A stretch of DNA of 64,000 nucleotides from the NCBI GenBank assembly GCA_038496445.1, contig JALMLS010000309.1, forward strand, positions 413,027 to 477,026, written 5' to 3'. A model generated the notes under the pieces. The model was not told the DNA's origin and did not search any database. It was given only the letters and a program-made list of their open reading frames with translations. Below, piece by piece: positions 13,714-25,099 of the stretch; positions within the stretch are counted from its first letter, which is position 1; each line of letters starts with the position of its first letter. The translations under genes were made by a program, and so were the position numbers. Origin of the DNA: Trichosphaerium sp. ATCC 40318. Its lineage: Eukaryota; Protista; Tubulinea.

Positions 13714-15396
13714 ATGAGCAATACTACTGATGAAGAGAAAAAAGATGCCGAACAGCTAAAAGAAGCATTGAGTAAACTGAATACTGCCCTTGATGAGTTA
13801 TTTAAAGATGATATCACAGATAGCGATATGGTTGAGGCCATGGGTACTATACGGGCTGAATTAGGGACCTGGTATTGTATTTGTGACTTTTTCTACCACT
13901 AACAGTAGAAAAAGGGATTGGAAGCATTCATGTATGACTTATAGGCGATACGTGAGTTCGTTGACAACCTTTAGCGGAAACTCGCCGTTTTTGCTTAAAA
14001 AGAGATATTGTGCCGTTTTACAAGCGATTGCTAGATAATGATGAGTATGCACTGTTTGTTGTAACATGTATTTGGCATTTTGTATCAGACGGTACGATTT
14101 CTTGACCAAAAAAGCTTGCCTTTGATTTTGAAGTCTTATTCTTTTCAAAAGAGGAGTTTGTGAGGCCTTTCTATCTTGCGGGTGTTGTTCCTACTTTTGC
14201 GAAGATGATGTCGTCAAAAGATCGGGATGAAAGGTCAAATGGTTCAGGAATCATGACAAATTTTTTAGAATATGGCACGTGATAGAAAAACAGACAGTTT
14301 GTTTGACAAAAAAACCCCACCTATATGAAATTTGTTGTTGCATCTTTGTACTCACATTCTTCCTTTGGTTCAAGTTAACGCCGATTTTATAGAAGAAATA
14401 CGTAGTGAAGCTGCACATAATGGTGTCTTAGATTCTTGCTTTAAGTACTACACCGAAGAAGCGTACTTTGTATGCCTTACACTTCTCATCAACAATGGTA
14501 CACTTATGTTTCACTTTATATGTTTGTTTAATTAAAGTTAATGTATGAAGCTGAATGTCGTAAACGTATTGTTACTTGGGACCTTCTCAAACAAATGTTC
14601 ATCATTAAAACTGATGATACTCTTCATATGCTTTGTTCTATTCTCAATGATAGTGAGTTTCATGCGCTCCTTCCTCACAATTTTGAATCTCAACAGCTTG
14701 CCTAGAATCACTACAAAAGATAGTAGAAGACATTGATTTATCAACAGAAATAGAAGAACATGAGAAATACTTGGAAGAACACAAAGGACCGAAATTAAAA
14801 GAGTAATAGAAAGAAAAAACGAAAAACTCAGTTTTGGTTTTCTTCTAATAGCTTCTTAGACAAGCTGAGCTTCAGGATGGTATTCTTTATCATGTTATAC
14901 AACCGTTTTATGATTTTTCTAAATCTCAAATACCTATTGTACATCGTTATGGCGCATTATGCATGGCTGCATGTTCATATAGACGTACGACCTCTAATCA
15001 TTTTATATTTGTCTGTGATTTTCTATTGCACCTTTCACATGTTATCTTTGTAGTTGGCACGTGTATTCAACTAAAAGCTACAATACACAGTGTCATGATT
15101 TTTAATAACAGTCATTCATTTATTCCAAGTAACATTGCTTTTTGTAAAAACACGTGGAAGATAAAAATGTTGTCTGACTTTGTTATTATTTTCTAGAAGT
15201 CTACAAAGATCGTATAGTCGATCGTAAATGGACTGATTACTTGTTCTGTTTTCAGTGGTCTTCTGACAATACTATTAAATCATATGGAAAGGAAATTATA
15301 GATAACTTGAAGCCATACAATCCTCCTTCATTGTTCACTCTAACCAAATGGTTCATGAGAAAAAATAACATTACTGTACCTGCAAACTTTGCTTAA
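13714..15396 (+). CDS. Multi-exon helical protein with C-terminal SOCS/BC-box-like motif
   Basis: ATG at 13714, series of short introns, terminal exon YNPPSLFTLTKWFMRKNNITVPANFA*. Confidence 0.5.
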
Positions 15397-15816
15397 AATA
15401 TATTTTATACGACACCAACGAATAACGACTACAACATAAAGTCAAAATTGAAAGTCTGAGAGACGTACAAACTCAGTGAAAAATCAAAAAAAAAAACCAT
15501 TAACCGATGTGCAAAGAGTGAATCACAGTTTTTTCAAGATTGAATGAGTACTTCGAACTACTGGTCACTTTTAATTTCATACACTGCTATTATTGTAGCT
15601 TAGTATGGAGAATTTACTTTGAGAAATGTATACAAGTTTCGGAATATATTCTACGCCCGCAATGAAGAAAATAGTAAATATCCACAAAAAATTGTCTAAA
15701 TAAAGAAAGTGATTGATTGATAAAGTTGTGAAAACGAACTGATTGAAATTAAACCTTTGATAAATACAAAACCTCACAACAAAGCATCCACACCTCTCAA
15801 ATATAACAATAAAGAA

Positions 15817-18594
15817 ATGAAACCAGTATCAAAGAGACCAGTACGGCACTTTAAAACCTAAACGCTTATCAAACAACTGAACTAACGTTAAGTAGCTAAA
15901 GAACGCTCCTAAACCTCTACCAATGGCTATGCAACTACCAGCGACAGTACAAAGGCTGATATCATATCAAAATCATGAAGCGTACACCAAATGGCCACTT
16001 TTGTGTAAACGTGCAGCCTTTGCAACTCGCTTTGACAAGAACTTGGCTTTGCATGGGTAGGGACGATTTTTGTAAGCAGTTCACACTTTCAAAAAAATTC
16101 TAGGACACCTCAAAAACGTTATTTATGTCCAATTTTTGAGTATACTTCAGAATACATATGTGTTTATAATATATATTAACCAGAACTTGCTGGTAATTAA
16201 TAGTGTGCTTCAATCAACTATTTCATTGAAACTAAAACTGAGTTATTTCTGCTTGGGATCATATTCTTATCCTCTAACACCACCATGTTTTGCAGGTAAC
16301 TCTTTTACATCATGATGAGTAAGGATTACATTCTTTCGTTTAATGCATTTTTTATCACTTTCAGTGTCCCACATAAAGCTATCGTCACCTGTCTCTAGAC
16401 CAGATTGTTGTCAATTGGTCGTTCTTTTGAACAATCATTCTAATCCACAAAAACCTTTTTCAAATCTTTCCTTTTGGCTGCAGGTGCTCAATAAATCATG
16501 GTGTACGTATGCACAGTTATAGCGTATTTGATAATTTTGGTATCAAAATACAGAGGTTTCTTTTTCAAAGAAGTTGATGAACATAATATTTACATGAAAA
16601 TGTCAAAAAACTCACTCTTGCTTGGGTACTTTATTGCATCAGATAGCCACAAAGGTTGATGTAGTTATTTTTTACCACTATAGGAGTTTTAGAGACAGAA
16701 CTTGGTTTTCGAATGGAGATACTTCAGGCTTTACCAAAAACAGGTTCATTGAAACTGTGTCACTACACTCCATCAACTATTGCTATAAATTACACTGTGT
16801 AATACCACACATATTGACTATCACTATGAAAAGTGTGGGATGGTCAATTAGCTCTTGAGGTATTTAATTCCAAAAATCGCTTATTGTCCACTAGTACAGA
16901 ATATTGGAATTTATCAATTACACAAGGCTCGACAAGCTTAAAACTAATCTCAATACATGACAAATAGCATTAGGTGACACTTCTGTAATTTAAACACTTG
17001 TCAAAGCTTGTGTAATTGTTAATTTTGGGAACTCGCTTTTTTTTCATTCTGTACCCTGAAAACTAACGTTTTCAGCGTTTCCCGTGCGATAAACGTCATT
17101 TGCAGGTACTTTATAGAAACGCCCTCGTATTTTGGTAGCATACGCTCTGTTTTTGCCAATAACCCGTGAATTGCATTTCAAGCACCTTGTATGGTGACAC
17201 AACTCTTGAATCATCTGTTTGCGTGCATTGAAGCTCAGTTGGTGCTTTTTTAGTTAAGTCAAAACAAAAACCACAAAAAAACTCGTAAAATAGTAAATAA
17301 TTTATTTTACACTTAGATCTTAACAATGGAGCCAGCCATTGTAGGAGTACCTTCACATACGCAAAATCATTAATATGAGAGGTGTGAACTGCATACAAAA
17401 ATCGTCCCTATTTTCTCAAATGGAATCGTGCTGGGGAAAAAATCAGTCACTTCAAAATCAATCATGGAAGTTTGAACTGGACCGCCTTTACTTGGTTTGC
17501 CGAATCTGAAACCAAGATAGCCACGGAAACACCTTATGTTAGCGGAAGAATACATGGTATAAAAAAGGAGTGGTATTTGATTAAATCCGGTAATGATGAG
17601 TCACGTGAATTGAAAGCATTGATCTGTTACGTTCGTGGCAAACGCCAAGGAGAACAGTTTGTTTGGTACCCCAATGGAGGATCAAAATCGATATGTTCTG
17701 TTGTTGATGACCAAAAACATGGCAAGTGTTATACCTTTAATGGCAAGGGCGTTACAACGCTTTTTTTCTTCGTTCATGGCATGGAGCAGGCGAAACGTGA
17801 AGTATACTTCCAGGGTGTCAAAGTTAAAGAGTACAGTAGGGTAGACAAGAAGCTTCACGGCGACTATAAAGAGTATTTTAGCAATGGTGCATTGAAGTAT
17901 CATCGCCAATATGAGGAAGGAGAAAGACACGGCAAACAAAGAAAATACTACAAAACGGGACAGCTACAATATCAAGAAATGTACTTTTATGGTGTGAAAT
18001 ACGGAGATGTCTACTATTTCCATTGCAATGGTAAAATGTGGAAAAAGGCGTTTTTCTTCGAGGGTAAACGGTTGACAATTAGGGAGTGGCATGCTGATGG
18101 TCAACAATCCGAATGGAATTGTGACAACGAAGGCGAAATCTGTGGCCAGCGGAAAACGTGGTTCAAAAATGGACAATTATCGAAGCTGGGTTATGTACAC
18201 AACTTTCATGGTGAGTACAAATTTAAAGGTGAGTACAAAGAATGGGCAATTATCGAACCAATCTAATTATGCTCTTGGCAAACTGGAGGGTGAATTCAAG
18301 ACATGGTGGGAAAACGGTAATTTACGTAAGCTTTGTCACTACCGCAATGGTTTTGAAGAGGGGGAATGCAAGATGTACTGGAAGAATGGAAATCTGAATG
18401 TGCTGTGCACTTACAGTCAAGGTAGTAAGGAAGGGCTATGGCAGTACTGGAATCGTGATGGCAAAAAGAAGAACACTTGCAATTATGTCAACAATAAGCT
18501 TGACGGAAAGCAAGCGCAGTTTGAATCTCTAGTAGAGGTACTTAGTTGGTACAAGAATGGTGTGAAAGTTTCTGGACCCGATTCTCACAAATGA
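15817..18594 (+). pseudogene. F-box-like + MORN-variant repeat gene (copy C), transposon-disrupted and frameshifted
   Basis: Exon 15817-15840, intron to 15895, CDS split at 16059/17409 by an insertion, further frameshift near 18245. Confidence 0.85.
16060..17408. mobile_element. 1349-bp DNA transposon, apparently non-autonomous, with 27-bp TIRs and TA target-site duplication
   Basis: Left end GGGACGATTTTTGTAAGCAGTTCACAC; right end reverse-complemented GGGACGATTTTTGTATGCAGTTCACAC (1 mismatch). TA at 16058-59 and 17409-10. The empty site CATGGG-TA-TTTTCTC is present in paralogs at ~80-92 and ~3774-3787. Confidence 0.92.
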
Positions 18595-18763
18595 TGTGCT
18601 TGGCAACGCCATTTATTTTCCAATTGTCTAAAAAATAAAACAGATTTTGTACTATGCTGCACTTTTATTGTACACTTTGTGAAGATTGTAAGCATTCGAC
18701 CCTATGTAATTATCGCTTGCTATTTGTAATGAGTCATCCCAAAGAGAAAACGCATTGATTGCA

Positions 18764-20290
18764 TCAGTTAGGGAATTGGATTAAGCCTTGGGTAAATTCT
18801 AAAAACATACCATCGAGATCATGATATTCAACATTCTTAATTACTGAGAAATTATCCATAAAAGAATGACTTACATTAACAATGTGGAGACCTTCTACAG
18901 CTTCAATACCGTCTTTGGTCACATGCTCACAATACTTAACTCCAAGCGTATGGACTCCCACTAGGGATTTGATTCCTTCGTCTGTAACTGAAGTGCTTTC
19001 AAGGTTAATAGCATTTACCCCTTTAAGTGATTTGATACCTTCATCTGTCACTGATGTACGAGTAAGATCAATGGCATGGACACCTGCAAGCGCTTGAATA
19101 CCTTCATCAGTTACTGCAGTATCTCCAAGGTGTATAGTATGAGTGCCTGCAAGTGCTTTGATACCCTCATCTGTCACTGAGGTATTGTTCAAGAAAATCG
19201 TATGAATACCTTTCAATGCTTTGATACCTTCGTCAGTCACTGATGTACGACCAAGATAGATGGAATGAACCACTTTAAGTTCTTTGAGACACGCATCAGT
19301 AATTGATGTCGCATAAAGATGAATTGTGTGAACTCCATTTAACGACTTGAAACCCTTGTCCGTAACTTTAGTGCAACCTGCTAAGCCAATTGTATGAACA
19401 CCTTTGAGTGCTTTGATACCATCATCTGTCACATCACAACAATTAAGATGAATCTCATGAACACCTTTGAGTGCTTTGATACCTTCATCTGTTACTGATG
19501 TACAAGGAAGACGAATTGTATGAACACCAGCCAATGCCTTGATACCTTCATCTGTCACATGTTTACAATGACAAAGAAAAATAGTGTGGACACCTGCAAG
19601 CTCTTTAAGATCGTGATCATTGATCACACTGCCTTGTCTCAAAAAGCTTGCATCAATGGTACGACATCCAGATAATAAAGAAAACAATGTGTTGTTCTTT
19701 ACTTTCATTTTGACAATGGTATTGTTCATGACGCCCTTGTACTGTCTTATCCTTAAAACGTCTGGAATATTGTAGATATACACCTTCTCATATCCAACAA
19801 CATGGTGGATGATATCAGCCATCAAACGACATGACTGAGCAACAATGAATCTTGTTTTTGATTTTGTATGGTGGAGAATACATGCAATAACCTCTGGTGG
19901 GAATTTGAGAATATTTTGTACTTTGTGCGTTGTCCGTGATCTTGTTAAAGTGAGTTAGTAGTTAGGAAATACACTTGATCCTTATTTAGATTTAACGTAC
20001 GTATGTTTGCGTTTTACAACCTCTGTAGTCTTTGATTGTCTATGTTTTGGCGTACGATAGTGATTAGAATGTACTTGACGCAGTTTGCTTGTTTTAGAAG
20101 CTGTTTCAACGTTTTCAAAGAGATATTGGTCTAGTTGTAACGCAAGGCTTGTTTTCGCATTGTACAAGATGATTTCAAGTTGGTTTATGAATGTTTCGCT
20201 TTGTTCTTCAGTAATTCTTCTGAACTCTTCTTTGTGGTGTTTGTGATAGTATGAGGTTGCTTGTTCAACGGAAATACCAAGTAAATCCAT
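18764..20290 (-). CDS. F-box + leucine-rich-repeat protein (apparently intact, ~488 aa, one intron)
   Basis: Exons 20290-20001 and 19940-18764 join in frame (1467 nt). The intron has a gtacgt donor and TACTAAC branch site. F-box followed by more than 10 LRRs. Confidence 0.85.
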
Positions 20291-20653
20291 AATCTGACAC
20301 TACTATAACCGGACCTTATAAGTAGCGTAAATAAAAATGACAACTATTTTTAGCAGCAGAATAAGTCACATGTTTGTTCTGCATCCCGTATGTGAGGTAA
20401 GGTATTTTAAAAGTTGTTGTTCTAGTCACTTCAAGATAGGTCAGGAAAAGGTGTAAGGAACTATTTGAAGTGTTGGCCGTTACTTCATTTAGGACAACAT
20501 ATTGTATATTGGCTTTGAAACGTCTTCGAGTGAACTCATTTTTATGAGCAGCAGATTTTGCTCTTGGTAAGTTTATGTAATGTTTGTACAAAATTAGCAC
20601 ACAGCACTAGATACTACAAGTGATTTTGCGGTGCACGTGATTGACATTTGATT

Positions 20654-21565
20654 TTATTTGCAAGTAAATTTCTTGTCAAAGTCATAGTTGATTGTAGTAT
20701 CATACTCTCGATTAATCTCTTCAATATCAATTTTATCACCCATCCTTTTTGCATGTACTTTACCACGTTGTCTTGTAAAGCTACATTTTCTTTTTACGTA
20801 AATAAATCTATTACACTGTGGGTGATACTCATCAAAATCAATCGTGTCTTCTTTCATTTTTTTCCCAAAATTTTCATGGTAAGTATCAAACGGGTGTATA
20901 AAGTAATCAGAGTTCGGAGGGTTATAAAGTGTCTGAGATATTGAAGAGTGTTTAGGCTCATTAAACGGAAAAAGATAGTACGACCCGTCATCAGGATATA
21001 GAAAGGAGCCATTATCCAGTGAAATATAAGCATGTTTTGTTAAGTCATGATAATCCATTTGTCTCATAACACACTCGAAATAATCACTTGGTGGTATATC
21101 ATCAGGATCCATTAATATATGAAGCGTCTTATTATTAGTCCCTTTACGTACTTGGCTTCTATTTAAAGCAATCTGACCAGAATTTACAACCTTTATTGGT
21201 AAGCTATGACTGAAATGTTCACACTTGTATAATTCGTTTGTAATAAACTGGAACTTATCTGGGTTGACATAAAGGAACAATTGAATATCATACAAATCCA
21301 TCCTTGATATATAAAATCGAAGAAAACCATGACAGAAAAAGTGTTCAAAGTCGTACTTTGGTAAATCGTCACCCCACGTGTACACGCTGGCGTAGACATA
21401 AAAAGACCAATCTGAACCCTTTTCATGTTCTGTCAGTGTAGTATCTACGATGTCAGTACTCCAGAATGTGGTATTCGCTACCGCCTTGCTGCCAAGAAGG
21501 AAATAAACCGTAACCATAGAAATGAGACTCCACACAAGCAGAAGTAGTGTTATCTTATTCATCAT
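20654..21565 (-). CDS. Intronless type II membrane protein, putative GT-A glycosyltransferase
   Basis: 303-aa ORF with N-terminal hydrophobic anchor and a DxD(D) motif in HILMDPDDIPPSDYF. Confidence 0.6.
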   Translation of the reverse strand: MMNKITLLLLVWSLISMVTVYFLLGSKAVANTTFWSTDIVDTTLTEHEKGSDWSFYVYASVYTWGDDLPKYDFEHFFCHGFLRFYISRMDLYDIQLFLYVNPDKFQFITNELYKCEHFSHSLPIKVVNSGQIALNRSQVRKGTNNKTLHILMDPDDIPPSDYFECVMRQMDYHDLTKHAYISLDNGSFLYPDDGSYYLFPFNEPKHSSISQTLYNPPNSDYFIHPFDTYHENFGKKMKEDTIDFDEYHPQCNRFIYVKRKCSFTRQRGKVHAKRMGDKIDIEEINREYDTTINYDFDKKFTCK

Positions 21566-22169
21566 TTAATAAAAACAGCGTTTTGGTTTGCGGGTTTTGC
21601 GGGGAGCTCTGTTTTTTCACGTGTTGTATAAGTACGGGATAATAGGAGTCACGTGCGGCCGTCTCTATGATGAATAAAGTAACGGGTTTAACTTAACACA
21701 CTGACTTTTCTTCCTTGTTTTTTTTTTTCATCTAGACGCATTCGCAGCGCTTCATTCTTACACAATATAACGTCGGCTTCGCCTCCTAACATACCGTTGT
21801 GATTCATACTTTTATGTTGAGATATCTTTACTAAAATAAACACTTTGAAACCTATAAAAAGCTCATTAGACACCTCTGAGTTTTTGGCTTCACACAACGT
21901 GTCAACGGAGAAAAAAACAGTCCTGTTGCTGTAAATAATTTTGGAATTTGCTTATTTTATCGGCTTATCTCACCCACGTGCGTCCTCTTACTTTTTTTGT
22001 AGAATCACATGTCTTTTTCCGATGCTACATCTTATATGACTACACATAGATCATTGTAGTTTGAGCTAGTAGGTGCAGCATGTCCTAATGCACCATACTA
22101 GATAACAAAACGAATTCAGTTTATATACCTACTGTTTTAGACTTTAAATATATCTTTCCTGAAGTGTTT

Positions 22170-22660
22170 CTTGCTCCATCAACCACTTTGATACCCTCGT
22201 CAAATACTGAAGTGATATTAAGGTAAATACTATGAACCCAGCAGTGCTTTGATACCTTCATCAGGTATCAAAGTGCCTTGAAGAGGAACAAGTTGTTTTT
22301 TGACAGTTTGCACTAGGTATGTACCCTCACTGGTTTGACGTTTACACCTGTCTATGGATAAATTCGCGGTTTCCAGTACTATGGTACCGATTCTATAAAT
22401 TCGCATTGACAAGTTGTCAATTGTAAAGCAGGAACATATAAGTAAATGACTATGATTTTTGGATTTTAATTTTGATTCAACACATAGCAGTGGTCGCTAA
22501 ACGGCTACAGCCAAAAACAATCTTGATGCTTATGATTTTTATTAGCGTGTTGAGTTGTTTCTTTCAAAGTAGTTGGGTGGTAGATCAGAAAAAGAGACTG
22601 AGATTAAAAATACATCAGCTGTCAACGTCAGTGAATAAATACAAGGCAAATAAATAAACA
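22170..22660. pseudogene. Mosaic of gene fragments (LRR relic + two S9 peptidase fragments)
   Basis: 22180-22280 matches LRR repeats (minus strand). ~22370-22445 is a direct copy of ~29513-29580. ~22528-22660 is an inverted copy of ~29045-29172. Confidence 0.8.
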
Positions 22661-23285
22661 ATATTCCATCAATGCGGCGTCAAACGTGAATAAATGAACG
22701 ATAAATCATTCAATTAACGGCGTCGAACATACCGTGAGCACATGATAAACACCACTTAATTAAGCGAGTGCTCGTTCTTCAATTTTCTTTCACTAGTTAA
22801 GTCATTTCTGGTTCTAACAATTAGTTCTCCGCTCGAAAGGGTTTATTGACGTTGTCGTTGCAGTATAAGTAAGTTTTCACATCGCGATAGTCATTTAAAA
22901 CGCGCTAGGTATTTTTTTTTACTTGTAAACGATATTCGGCGTTAGATTGCATTCATACGCACTTTGGAGGCGCTTTAGAGATTTATTGAAGTTACTTTGT
23001 GGATAAACCGTGTTATCTCGTTCTATAAGAGGTACGCATTGCAAACTGAACGAAACAACGTTCGAATAATGAACGCGCAAAAAAACAGATTAGCCGCCAA
23101 AAAAAAAAAAGAAAAAAAATCCAAAAAGTCGCTCAACTTTTTTTGTACATCATCGAAGTCATTTGAAGTTAAATCACGTGTTGACCTTGACCCAAAATAT
23201 TTCTTTCTTACAACTTGCGTTTGATATGCTTCAGTCCTTTTATCTGTTTTTGTAACACGTGTTTCTGTAGAAGTGAAAAAAAAAA

Positions 23286-24974
23286 ATGGAAAAAAAAGTA
23301 AAAACGGAGAACAAGTTTTCTTTGACTCTTCTTGATATTCCACGTGAACTTCAACAGTATATTTGTACTTTCAACGCAGAAGTGTTCACAAAATTCCATA
23401 CACTCTCAAAAAGAGCAGCAACCAATACACACTTTGATGAAGAATTGGAAAGAAAAGGAAAATGGATACGATGGTACAAGAGTGGCAAAGTATGGACACA
23501 CCACTACAATACTGGTACAACTAGTGTGTGGTATGAAAGTGGTCAACTCTCAATGCAAAGCACATTAGTTAATGGAGTATTCTGCGGAGAAGGTAAACAG
23601 TGGTATGAAAGTGGACAACTTAAAGCACAAATAACTATTATTGATGGTAAACAACATGGGTTACAAAAAGAATGGCATGAAAATGGACAGCTTGAAGCAG
23701 AAACAATGTGGGTTGATGGCGTACAAAATGGTGAATCCAAAGAGTGGTATGAGAACGGACAACTAAGGCTGCATGGTATGGTAGTTGATGGTAGACGAGA
23801 TGGTGAACAAAAAGACTACTATGAAAGTGGACAACTTCATATGCAACACATGTGGATTGATGGAGTAGAATGTGGTGAAAGAAAAGTATGGTATAAAAAT
23901 GGACAACTCAAAATGCAGTTAATGATATTCAATAATGAACAAAACGGACCAGGTAAAATGTGGTATGAGAGTGGACAACTTGAAGCTAAAAATGTTGTAT
24001 TCGGTGGTAAACTTTATGGTGATACCAAGGAGTGGCATGAAAACGGCCAACTTAAGAAGCATATCGTGAGGACTGATGGGTCAGGTACTGGTGAAATCAA
24101 GATGTGGCATGAGAACGGACAACTCAAACAACAAGCAACTATGATTGATTGGAAAGAAGATGGTCAAATCAATAATTGGTATGATAACGGACAACTCAAA
24201 GTACAAGTAATGATGGTTAATGGTAAACAACATGGTGAAGCTAAACAGTGGCATGAAAATGGACAACTCAAGCATCAAGCGATGATGGTTGATGGTAAAA
24301 AAGAAGGTGAAGTCAAAGAGTGGTATGATAATGGACAACTCTCGCTACAAGTGATGATTGTTGATGGTAAGAGACATGGTGTATGCAACGTGTGGTATAG
24401 AAACGGACAACAAAAGGTGAAAAGCACATTCATTAATGATAAACAACATGGAGAAACCAAGAAGTGGCATGAGAATGGACAACTTGAAGCAACAAACATG
24501 TGGGTTGATGGTAACCTTAATGGACAAAATAATATGTGGTATGAAGATGGAACACTATGTGAACAAGATAATTGGGTTGATGGTAACCTACATGGTGAAT
24601 CTAAAGAGTGGTATGAAAATGGGCAACTTAAGACACAAGAGATATGGGTTGATGATAAACGAACTGGTAAAATGGAAATGTGGCACAGTAATGGTCAACT
24701 ACATAGAGAACTATGGTGGGTTGATGGTAAACAACAAGGTTTACAAAAAGAGTGGCATGAGAATGGACAGCTGATGTCAGAAAGTATGATGGTTGATAGT
24801 AAACAACATGGTGAAACTGTAGAATGGTATGATAATGGGAAACTTGAGGCAAAAAGTATGTGGGTTGGTGGTAAACAACACGGCATACAAAAAGAGTGGT
24901 ATGAAAATGGAGATCCAAAAGATCAATGTTTGTGGAAGAATGGAGAGTTCATGGATTACCAAGAATGGGAATGA
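23286..24974 (+). CDS. F-box-like + MORN-variant (YwqK-like) repeat protein, 562 aa, single ORF
   Basis: N-terminal LLDIPRELQQYICTF followed by ~20 24-aa repeats W(Y/H)ENGQL......VDGKxHGxxKE. Confidence 0.9.
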   Translation: MEKKVKTENKFSLTLLDIPRELQQYICTFNAEVFTKFHTLSKRAATNTHFDEELERKGKWIRWYKSGKVWTHHYNTGTTSVWYESGQLSMQSTLVNGVFCGEGKQWYESGQLKAQITIIDGKQHGLQKEWHENGQLEAETMWVDGVQNGESKEWYENGQLRLHGMVVDGRRDGEQKDYYESGQLHMQHMWIDGVECGERKVWYKNGQLKMQLMIFNNEQNGPGKMWYESGQLEAKNVVFGGKLYGDTKEWHENGQLKKHIVRTDGSGTGEIKMWHENGQLKQQATMIDWKEDGQINNWYDNGQLKVQVMMVNGKQHGEAKQWHENGQLKHQAMMVDGKKEGEVKEWYDNGQLSLQVMIVDGKRHGVCNVWYRNGQQKVKSTFINDKQHGETKKWHENGQLEATNMWVDGNLNGQNNMWYEDGTLCEQDNWVDGNLHGESKEWYENGQLKTQEIWVDDKRTGKMEMWHSNGQLHRELWWVDGKQQGLQKEWHENGQLMSESMMVDSKQHGETVEWYDNGKLEAKSMWVGGKQHGIQKEWYENGDPKDQCLWKNGEFMDYQEWE

Positions 24975-25099
24975 GACCAAGCAGTGCTTTTTAAGAAAAT
25001 TTAAATAAATTATTTACTATTGACAAACCCCACGACTCTAGTCTATTGCCTAATGCCCTTATCCTATAAGCTTACGCAAATGTGATAATACTCAATCAT

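Larger units (their letters stand above)
15520..20304. repeat. Right arm of inverted segmental duplication (contains the TIR insertion)
   Basis: Inverted homolog of 1178-4290. Its MORN 5' region also matches 1-620. Confidence 0.85.

Noticed and set aside
16058-17410. hAT element with TAGGG...CCCTA ends
   Set aside because: There is no 8-bp duplication (TGCATGGG versus TTTTCTCA). The empty site is explained exactly by a TA duplication.
21666-21705. Box C/D snoRNA (ATGATGA ... CTGA)
   Set aside because: Too short, with no terminal stem or recognisable rRNA guide.
23286-24974. Bacterial YwqJK toxin-antitoxin system or CRISPR-like repeat array
   Set aside because: The repeats are in-frame 72-nt protein-coding units in a spliced eukaryotic context. 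There are no spacers, cas genes or adjacent toxin.
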